From NCBI GenBank assembly GCA_001724265.1, contig MEDY01000311.1, positions 1 to 46,126 of the forward strand: a stretch of DNA of 46,126 bases, given 5' to 3'. The notes under the pieces are model-generated. The model saw only the letters and a program-made list of their open reading frames with translations, had not been told where the DNA came from and searched no databases. Positions 37,047 to 46,126 of the stretch are shown here, piece by piece; position 1 is the stretch's first letter; each line of letters starts with the position of its first letter. The translations under genes were made by a program, and so were the position numbers. This DNA comes from Rhizaria sp. SCN 62-66. Taxonomy: Eukaryota.

Positions 37047-37769
37047 TTAATCGCTGACCTCGTACTCTGACTCTGAGTCGACGTTGTACTTGACCGCGGG
37101 GCGCGCGCGCTGCGTGCGGTCCGACGTCACGGTCGACATGGCCACGTGCTAATCGTCCTCGGAGTCGCCGCCGCCGTAGTCGTCCTCGCTGTTCGAGAGC
37201 GCGCGGGCCTTCTTCCCCCCGCCATTCTTGGGCTCCGCCTTGTCCGCCTTGGCGGCGGGCTTGGCCTTGGCCGCCGCGGCGGGCTTGGCGTCACCCTTGT
37301 CGGCCTTGGGCTTCGCCACGCGGGGCTTCTTGGCCTCCGACGACACCTCGGTCTTGCCGCTGCCGACACGCTTCGCGCCACCAGTAACAGGCGCGGCGGC
37401 CGCATCCTTTTTGGCGGCGGCGGCGGCGGCCATGGCGGCAAGGCGCTCCATCAGCGGCATCGCCTGCAACGCGTCCTCGTCAAGCTCGACGGGCTTGGCG
37501 GCCGCGGGCTTCTTGGCGATCGGGTCATCGAAGTCGTCGTCGTTGCCGTTGCCCGCATCGTCGCTATTGTCATCATCGTCGTCGCCAAGCACGCGGTTGT
37601 TCTTAGCGAGCTTTGACTTGGACTTCGCGGAGGCGGCGGGGGCCGCAGGCTTCTTCTCCTTCGTGGGGGCAGCCTTAGGTTTATCCTTGGGCTTGGACTT
37701 CCCAAACGAGTACACATCGTCATCGTCGTCGTCGTCGTCAATGACCACGTCGCCGCTGTCACTGCCAGA

Positions 37770-37801
<32 letters not shown>

Positions 37802-40800
37802 TGTCCGCCATGACTCGGGCGCGCGCCTTGGCCGCGGTCGCCGCGGCGCGAGGCGCGCGCGCGCTCGCCACGGGCACATATTCGTCGCCGCTGCTGGCGT
37901 CGAAGTCGTCCTCGGAGTCGGAGCCGGCCTTCTTAGCCTTCTTCCCAGCGCCCGCGCCAGAGCTCTTCTTGGCAGCAGTGGGCTTGGCGACAGCCTTGGG
38001 CTTGGCGGGAACCTTGGCCTTGGCCTTGATGGCGCTATCATTGTCGAAGAAGCTGTCGTCGACGTCCCCGCCGAAGTCGCTGCCGCTGCCGTCGTCGTCG
38101 CTGTCGGTGACGATGAAGCCGTCGCTGCTTTCGTCCTCGGCACCAGAGTCCCACTTGTCGCTGTTTTTCGTGCTCTTGCCGCCCTTTCCGGCGGCCGACT
38201 TCTTGTTCTTGGAGTCGTCCTTGTCCTTAGGCGCGCGCGGGGCACGGGGCTTCTTGGCCTCGGCCTTGGCCTTGGCCTTGGCGTCCGCAGCCTCAGCGAC
38301 GCCCGCGACGGACTGAGAGATGGCGGTCGACAGCGCGTCGGCGTCGGCCGTGGGGTCGTCGCTCATGAGCATCGCAATCATAGCCTCGTCCGCCGCCGTG
38401 CGTTCGGCGACCTTCTTCGTCACGCGCTTCGGGCCCGTCTCCTTCTCCTCTTCGAACAGGTTTGTCTGCTCCTTGGGGCGTGCGCGCAGCACGAACTTAG
38501 GGATGTTGCGCGGCTCCTTGCCACTCGCAGTCGCCTTGCCGCCCTTGGCGGGCTTCTTGGCGGCCGCCTTCTTCTTCTTGGCCGGCTTGCCCCAGTCGTC
38601 CTCAGAGTCGTCCCCGTCGAAGTCGTACGCGTCCTCGCTCTCCTCGTCATCGTCGTCGTCATCCTCGTTGTCGTACGTCTTCTTGGGCGCCGTCTTGGTC
38701 TTGGTGTTGCCGCCGCGGCCGGAGCGCGAGTAGTGCGCGTTGTCCGCCGCCTGCAGCTCCTTGTCTTCGCGCGCCTCGTGGGCGTCGAGCGCCGCGCTGA
38801 AGGCATCCAGGTCGCGCATCCACAGCGTCGCGGGCGGCGTGCGCGCCAGCTCGGCCAGCTCGTCCGATTTGGAGGCCTTTTCGCGGAGCAGCGCCTCGAC
38901 CTTCTCGTACGTCAGCGCCCACAGCGGCATCGACAGCAGGTAGTCAAACCCGCCCATGGCTGCCGCGGATGCAGAGTCACCAGCGCCACCATCGGCAGCG
39001 TTCTCATCGTCGTCCTCGCCCGCGTCGGCGCCGGCGGCCTCCTCGGCCTCGGCGGCAACGGCGGCGTCCTTTTTGCCTGCCGCGGCGAGCACAGCGGCCT
39101 TGTCGGATTTGGGCAGCGGCTTAAAACCCATGTCGAGCATCTGCTTCCGAATTACCGCGCGCTTGACGTTGCGGATCTTGAGCTCGTCCTTGATGACTGC
39201 GAGGATGAACCGCACGCGGTTGTCGAGCCGCTCGAGCTCGGAAGTGAGTTTGGAGACGAGGTACTGCTTGCGCTTGTCGTAGTACTCAAGGCGAATGCCG
39301 TAAAACTCCTTCATGATCTCCACGGGCGTGTCGTAGCGCTTGAGCCCGCCGCGGCGGTCGAACAGCACCATGTTCGTGGTCGACAGCGAGGACTCGAGGC
39401 GAAAGTACTTCTCTAGTCCGGTCTCCAGCGCCTTGACCATCGCCGCGGGCGTGAGCTCCACCACAAAGGCGACGGTGTTGTCTTTGTGGTACTCCTTGAA
39501 GTCCTTGACGGCGCCGGCTGTGATCTGCTCCTCGAGGTACTGCTTCACCTCGGCCGTCCACTTGCCGACGGGCAGCTCAGAGATGTAGACCGTGTCCTGC
39601 TCGCCGTCGACGACCTCGACCAAACCACGCACCGAGTAGTTGCCGCGGCGGCCCTTGGCGACCATCTGGCCAATGAAGCCCTTGTAGTACGGATGCATCT
39701 CCTTGGGCTCCTCGCCCGACAGCATGCGGCGCAGGTTGGCGACGATCTCGCGCGGGTTGTAGTTGGGGATGTCGGAGGACCAGCCGGTGCCAATGCCGGA
39801 GCTGCCGTTGATGAGCACCGTGGGCACCACGGGCACATACCACTCGGGCTCGATCGACTGCCCGTCGTCGTTGAGGTAGTTCAGGATCGCGTCGTCGCTG
39901 GCCGAGAAGACCGTGCGCGTAATGGGGGAGAGATAAGTGAAGATGTAACGCGGCGACGCGGAGTCGCGGCCGCCCTGCGCGCGCGTACCGAACTGACCGC
40001 TCGGCCACAGAAAGTTGATGTTGTTCGAGCCGACGTAGTTCTGCGCCAGGTTCACGATGGTGCCGGAGAGCGAGACTTCGCCGTGGTGGTAGGCCGAGTT
40101 CTCGGCAACGTAGCCGCTGAGCTGCGCGACCTTGATCTCGTTAACGAGGTTGCGCTTGAAGCACGCGAAGAGCACCTTGCGCTGACCGGGCTTGAGGCCG
40201 TCGACGAGGGATGGGATCGCGCGCTGGTTGGACGCGATCGAAAACAGAATGAGCTCGCGGTTGATGAAGTCCTCGTAGTAGATGCGCGACACGGCGTGGT
40301 CCAAGAATGTGCCGGGCTCGAAGCGCGCCATCCACTCCTTGCGCGCGTCGGCGGCAGTCTTGGAGAAGGCCATCTCAATCAGCTTGGTGCATTCGTCGGA
40401 CTTGAACGCGAACGGAATCTGGTGCGAGTCGATGTTGGCGAAGTACACCTTGGCCTCGGCCGAGGTGGACGTACCCAGACCCTTGTAGTACTTGACCTTC
40501 CAGCCCTTAGGGACGACGCCGTTGCCGTTGGTTTCGCGCCACGACTCGTACTCGGGCAGCGTGTAAAACGGCACTTCGCGCGCGCCCTTGCTGACCTTGA
40601 CAATAGGCGTGATGAACTCAGTCAGGAAGCCGGGCATCTTGAGCAGCGAGGGCCAGAAGGCCGCGAAGAGGTTGATCAGCAGGCCCTTGATGTGCGAGCC
40701 GTCGTGGTCCTGGTCCGTCATGATCATGATGTGGCCGTAGCGCAGACTCTTGGTGTCGGTGTACACTTTGCCCTGCTGCAGACCGAGGATCTGCTTCAGC

Positions 40801-42516
40801 ATGGAGATCTCGGCGTTCTCCATGATCTGCTTGTGCGCCGCGTCGCGCACGTTGAGCACCTTGCCGCGCAGCGGGAACACGCCGTAGCGGTCGCGCCCGA
40901 TGACCGTGAGCCCCGCCATGGCGAGCGCCTTGGCGGAGTCACCTTCCGTGAGCACCAGCGTGCACTCGGAGGCGAAGCGCCCGCCGGCGAGGTTCGCGTC
41001 CTCGAGCTTCGCGATGCCCGTGATGCGGCCTGCCTTCTTGCCGTCGTTCTTCTTCAGTTCCTTGTCGGCCGAGATCTGTGAAAAGGCCAGCACGGCGTCG
41101 ATGACGGCGGACTTGAGCACCTTCTTGATGAAGCTTTCCGACAGCGTGGGGTCTGAGCCGAACGCGCTGCGCTTGGACGTCAGCGTCACCTTGGTCTGCG
41201 TGTCGAACGTGGGGTTGTCGATCAGGGCGTTGCAAAACACCCAGAGGTGGTTCTTGACGTGCTGCGGCTTGATCGTCAGCTTCTTGTGCTTCTTGCCGAT
41301 TTGTTCGATGATGGCCTTGATGATCTGGTCCGTCACGGCGGCCACGTGCGTGCCGCCCTTGAGCGTGCAGATCGAGTTGACGAACGACACCTGCTGGAAG
41401 TGGCTGTCGGGCGAGGCCGCAACGCCGACCTCCCAGCGTTCGCCCAGCTTCTCGTACACGCACTTGTTCGCCGCGGCCTCGCCGCCGTCGCCGGAGCTCA
41501 TGCCCAGGAGCGCGCTGGGACCCGAGGGCGCGGGCGCCGTGGCGAGGTACATGTCCACGTAGTCCTTGAAGCCGCCGATCTTGACGCGCTCGTTGTTAAG
41601 GTACACCTTGAGCCCCTTAGGGGCCGTGCCAGTGACGTCGAAAACGCGTTTGGTGAAGAGCGCCACACAGTCTGCGTCGAGCCCCGTGGCGCCGAAGCGC
41701 GGGAAGTCGGGCTTGAAGGTGATCTTGGTCCAGGACGCGCCTGTCGCGGGGCCGATCTTGGGCTCCGTCTTGTCCTGCATGTTGTTCGAGAAGACCTGCT
41801 TGTAGCGCAGCCCGCGGGATGAGTCGAGCGTCTCGACCACGAACTGCGTCGAGTAGATGTTGGTGAGCTTGGCACCGTAGCCGTTGCGGCCGCCGACGGT
41901 GCGCTTCTGAGTGTCGTCGTAGTTCGACGAGGTCATCATGTGTCCAAAGATAAGCTCGGGGACGTACATTTGGTGCTCCTTGTGCACCACAACGGGGATG
42001 CCCTGACCGTTGTTGTAGACGGAGATGGTGCCAGACTCCTTGTCGATCACGACGCGCAGCTCAGACATCGACGGGTCGCGCTGCTTGTTGTCTGCCGCGT
42101 TCACGATGATCTCGTCAAAGATCTTGTACAGCGCGGGTGAGTACGTAATGTCGCGGCAATTGAGCTTGTGCGGAGCCTCGTCGGAGCCGTCGCCGTCGAC
42201 GACCCAGATCTTGTCCGTCTCGACCTCGACGCTGCCGATGTACATGTCCGGCCGCGAGAGCACGTGCTCGCGCTGGGTCAGCTTTGTGTACACCTCCTCC
42301 ACCGCGCGGCCCTTAGTGGCCTTGCCCGCTGCGCAGAAAGCAAGTTGTCGGGAGCAAAAAAAAGGGATTGAGTGTGGGGCGATGATAACGAGTGAGGTGA
42401 GTCAAGGGTTGAGCACTGAGGGGGGGGGGGTCAGGGTGAGATCTTAGGGTCATGCTCAGGGTATTTTGTTAAGATAACGTACAGTTGGCAGACGCGGACT
42501 TGTTTTCTTCAGCCAT
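37047..42516 (-). CDS. TOP2: DNA topoisomerase II (type IIA), join(42516..42483,42328..37047), ~1771 aa, with an in-frame TAG at 37151-37149 (ends at 37149 if TAG terminates)
   Basis: GHKL ATPase motifs (FDEIIVNAADN, GGRNGYGAK), TOPRIM motifs (EGDSA, PLRGK, DQDHDG), HHGE, active-site ASPRY and a long charged CTD. Exon 1 is MAEENKSASAN, joined by a phase-1 intron. The post-TAG extension is HVAMSTVTSDRTQRARPAVKYNVDSESEYEVSD-TAA. Confidence 0.97.
42329..42482 (-). other. GT-AG intron (154 nt, phase 1) of TOP2
   Basis: Minus-strand donor GTACGT at 42482 and acceptor CTTTCTGCGCAG ending at 42329. Splicing restores ...ANS-GKATKGRAVEEVY. Confidence 0.85.
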
Positions 42517-44074
42517 GATGCGGTCGCGTTGTAATAAGCACCGACTGTGGCCGCTGTATGGCGTGAGGAGGCGAACGTGGGGAAGACAAGGGTTGGAAGT
42601 GAGGACGTTGCGTGTTCATCAGCCTTGTTTAGCATGACATAGTTTTAGATTCGAAAAGAAAATACAATCATATCATGAAAAAGTACACTTTCACGCTAAG
42701 AGTGTTTTCGATTAACATTGATATCGGATTTTGTTGTTGGTGTAGACCTTCAAAGTTCCACTCTCGAGATCGGCCGTTCTAGCCGTTGTCTGGCCCCAAC
42801 GGCAAACGGATCGATTTCAGAACATGCTTTGAACACGAACATGGCTTCAATATGCAGTGCTGGGGTCGAAATTGCGGTCCATGCTTTAAACCCGCAATCT
42901 AACGAACACGGTTCATTGCTTCACTCACGATGTATGATCTGTCCTATCATACCCTTGATTTGCAAGTCTAGCGTAGCATCATCTGACGAACTTGACAAGC
43001 TAGTCCTGCATCTTGCGGAGAAAGATTGAGATATTATAAGACACAATAGAAATAACTAAAGATCACATACCAATGCGTGCCTTCACGCAATTTTATTATT
43101 GAGAGGTGACCGTTGCCTACGTAAATATCTTGTCAAACGTTAATTGCGTGCTCGTCATTGACACTTCTTGTGTTACGAAACACGCCTTGCAGCACAGACA
43201 AAAAAGACTCCGTCAAAACCAAGCAGTTGGAAGTTCTGGTAATTTACTTCCTATTATATGAATGATATTTTGGCTTGCATCAACAAAGTATTGCACTTAA
43301 GAACTGAGGTCGACTGTGCTTTGCATATAATACCACTTGTCACAAAGCACGTTCTCTGTCGGCCGCGTTCATGCACATAAACCAGCCTTATTAAGACATA
43401 ATATGTACTGACTGACTTATCAAACACGATTCTCTGTGAGGCATGAAAGAGCTTCCATACTGACTAAGTAACTGGCAATGGAAGCACGTCTGGAGATACG
43501 ATGAACAGAAACAGAACCACACACAAGAGCAACGAAGTCTTAGTATTGAAAATAAGTCGCACAAAAGAACTTAAACAGTCTTAAGTCAACCTGTCATCGT
43601 GTTGCAACAAAATTCACCAGTTACCTGGATTCAGTCTGATTCCAGTGATTTTTTTAAAATTATTTTTTTAGGAAAAAAAAAAAAAAAAGGTGACAGCGAC
43701 GACCCAACCAAGCAAACTTGGCCGACCCAGCATTTGGACAAATCTTCCAATATCTAACGAGCTTGACCGTAAGCATCTATGTTGTTGCATTGATAGTAAT
43801 TCCGCGACGTTTGCACATGTGTGATTTAAATAGCATTTCGTAATATATGCTGTGTGAGACCTAATCTGGCTTTCTGGGTTAGCTCGACATAACCGTTTAT
43901 CGAGAGCATCTTTTGGTCCTTTAGCACCGAGATTGAAGACACATCTTTTGTTTCTCTCTATCTCTATGCCCCCATGATGGCGTTATGACTTTTCTACCTA
44001 GATTCATTCCCACACTTCCATCTTGTCGTTTTTTCTCTCCCTGCGTGACCTTTGTATTCACTCTCAATCAGCCA

Positions 44075-44787
44075 ATGGGCCTCCTCGATTACCTCCGCAA
44101 GCTCAAGAAGTCCGAGACCGAGCTCCGCGTCCTTCTCCTGGGCCTCGACAACGCCGGCAAGACCTCCGTTATGCGCCGCTTGTCTGACGAGGAGATCGAG
44201 CAGATCATGCCCACGCAGGGCTTCAACGTCAAGTCGATCAAGTCGGCCGACTTCAAGCTCAACGTGTGGGACATCGGCGGCCAGAAGTCGATCCGCCCCT
44301 ACTGGAAGAACTATTACGACGGCACCGACGCGCTCATCTTTGTCATCGACGCCGCCGACTCGAAGCGCATCGAGGACGCTGGCCGCGAGCTCGCCGCGCT
44401 GCTGGAGGAGGAGAAGCTCGCCAAGATCCCCGTCCTCGTCTTCGCCAACAAGCAGGACCTGCTCACCGCTCTCTCCGCCGAGGAGGTACGCACATCGACT
44501 TATATATTGTAATATCGCGATAGTTTTTTTTTTTTCATTTTTTTTTCTCCAGATGTGTGATATACTACTTTGTGACGTCTGAATCACCGAAGCTCTGTAC
44601 TCATATACTTACTCTCATCAATTGCTCTCACTTTGCGACTGTCCGACTCTTTTAGCTCGCGACCGAGCTGTCTCTGCAGACGCTGCGCGACCGCCAGTGG
44701 CAGATTCAGGCTTGCTCCGCTAAGACTGGCGAGGGCCTCGAGGACGGCCTCGGCTGGCTCATCAAGCAGGCCAACAAAAGCAAGTAA
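44075..44787 (+). CDS. ARL3: ADP-ribosylation factor-like GTPase 3, join(44075..44485,44656..44787), 180 aa
   Basis: [12 protein letters not shown]-terminus, [30 protein letters not shown]; exon 2 reads [18 protein letters not shown]...W. Intron GTACGC...TTTTAG; ends at TAA. Confidence 0.95.
44486..44655 (+). other. GT-AG intron (170 nt, phase 0) of ARL3
   Basis: Donor GTACGC and acceptor CTCTTTTAG. Splicing restores the conserved ARL3 C-terminus. Confidence 0.9.
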
Positions 44788-45608
44788 ATTTGTCGTGGCT
44801 AACCAAGAGCAAGCAAGATGAATCCGCAGATCACATCAGCAAGCTTATGTAAAATCAGTACCAAGCAAGTAGAGAGGTGAACTTGAATCACTATTAAGTG
44901 AAACGAGGCTCCCAAACAGCGACGGATGATGATACAATACGCGCCGAATCTACAAGTGTCGTCAATGTGTTCACTCAGAAGCTCATGAGCTCAGAGTGTA
45001 GTCACTGTCACTGATTGTACACTTTTCTGTGCAACTGTCTGCACTTACCCACAATCTATTGACGTGCCAGCCTTCTGAGCAGCGTATGTATTAATATACT
45101 TATGTGTGACTTCAAGTTGTCAACACATAGTTGAGGACTGAGGCTGGACTTTGGTAGCGTCAGTTGTGACAGAGGCTTGTCGCCTAAGTTACATATCTGT
45201 CTGTTGCGTTGTCCAGGATGGGGTTGATAATTTCCATGCGATACGGAGACGCTCTTTCGTAGATTAGAGAAGAAACTCGTGTCATGTCGTGTGTATTGCA
45301 GTTATAATTTGAATAAAACAAAACATGTATCCACCTCTCTGCACTCTGTTGTTCTAACGACGTGTGGTATCGAGCCCAATAGTTGTTTTCTGAAACGGAA
45401 TCCATAAAAATAAATATGTACACTTTTGTATCACCTGGAAAAGTGTACTTTTGGTGTTTTCAGCTGGCTGATGTCCGAATTTGTCGCCAGCCAATTTGGA
45501 ATTCGACTCACGGTCACTTGGCTCTAATTGGGCTCGCCATTTTTGGGGGAGAGGACCTGCCGCGACGAAAAGTGGTTCTTGTTCGTTAAGTACGATTGTT
45601 TTGCAGCC

Positions 45609-46126
45609 ATGGGCAAGGTACGCCATTACATCTCTCATTGAACTCGCTATGTCTATATTTCATGTGTTCACTCGTGCACGGTGTCTCGTGAAAAAGGCTT
45701 CGCTTTTACCGACGTCGGTGGTGGCGTCCTCTCTGGGCTCACTGCGCTCGTTCCCCGGCACTGTCTGAACTCCCCACGCGGGTCTTTGCGGAAGTAGTCT
45801 CCTGCGCTCTCTTCTTTCCTCTTCTCACCATCTTCTGCATTGCCTTTCTTTCCACGCCGCGTTCCTTTTCCCCCTTTGCGCGATCCCTTTTCTCCACGCA
45901 CTCGGCCCTCTTCTTTTCTCTGTGCCCCCGTTCTCTGCTGCCTTGTCCTTGCTCTTAACTGACATTGGCCCGACCCTTGCCTTGCTTCTCTGCCACTGCA
46001 CGCCATGATGTGTGCTCGTACCCTATATTTAGGACTACCGTAACAAGAGCAAGACCGCTCAGCGCCCCAAGATGCTTTGGGTGCGTGAGCGCCTCGACCG
46101 CGAGCTCCAGCTCGTCGGCAAGTACG
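45609..46126 (+). CDS. RPS9: 40S ribosomal protein uS4 (S9), 5' partial, join(45609..45617,46033..>46126)
   Basis: ATG GGC AAG|GTACGC...TATTTAG|GAC TAC gives MGKDYRNKSKTAQRPKMLWVRERLDRELQLVGKY. This matches the eukaryotic S9 N-terminal pattern YRN..KT...P....ERLD.EL.L.G.YG. Confidence 0.85.
45618..46032 (+). other. GT-AG intron (415 nt, phase 0) of RPS9
   Basis: Donor GTACGC, long C/T-rich tract, acceptor TATATTTAG. Confidence 0.8.

Noticed and set aside
35379-37070. Short ORFs in the convergent intergenic region (e.g. 36331-36723) and the C17 tract at 36668-36684
   Set aside because: The region is AT-rich with no recognisable protein motifs or codon bias. A small spliced gene around 36355-36560 cannot be excluded but is unsupported, and the homopolymer is uninformative.
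37146-42447. Long plus-strand ORFs antisense to TOP2 (e.g. 39486-41081, 531 aa; 37228-38316, 362 aa)
   Set aside because: These are shadow ORFs caused by the extreme GC3 bias of TOP2 and contain no recognisable motifs.
42718-43029. 103-aa ORF between TOP2 and ARL3
   Set aside because: It has a TTG start, no codon bias and no recognisable homology, and lies in a divergent promoter region.
43617-43632. TTACCTGG resembling the U1 snRNA 5' end
   Set aside because: It lacks the full ATACTTACCTG, and the U1 stem-loops and Sm site are not evident downstream.
43985-44074. Upstream in-frame ATG extending ARL3 by 30 aa
   Set aside because: The extension is pyrimidine-rich and UTR- or intron-like. 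ARL3 proteins begin at MG(L), which matches ATG 44075.

Overview
This is a eukaryotic nuclear window, probably from a flagellated protist (it has ARL3 and GT-AG introns with GTACGY donors). It holds four genes. (1) A giant secreted/multi-pass membrane gene on + (exon 1012-1823, intron, then one 32.9-kb reading frame 2048-34955, about 11,239 aa). (2) DNA topoisomerase II on - (42516-37047). (3) ARL3 on + (44075-44787). (4) The 5' end of 40S ribosomal protein uS4/RPS9. A possible first exon of a divergent gene lies at the left edge. The main result is that TAG appears not to terminate translation here. The three 'separate' large ORFs share one frame and are broken only by two isolated TAG codons (3531, 20601). 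TOP2 continues through a TAG (37151-37149) into a typical topo II C-terminal motif (RTQRARPAVKY..DSESE) that ends at TAA. The apparent true stops are TGA, TAA and TAA. This points to a variant nuclear code with UAG alone as a sense codon, or to UAG readthrough or editing. The amino acid cannot be determined from this window, and small in-frame introns remain a possible explanation for the two TAGs in the giant gene. Also noted: two previously unrecognised-looking Cys-pair repeat arrays in the giant protein, a compact multi-hairpin element at 35129-35291, and a shared AAAATGGCG promoter motif.
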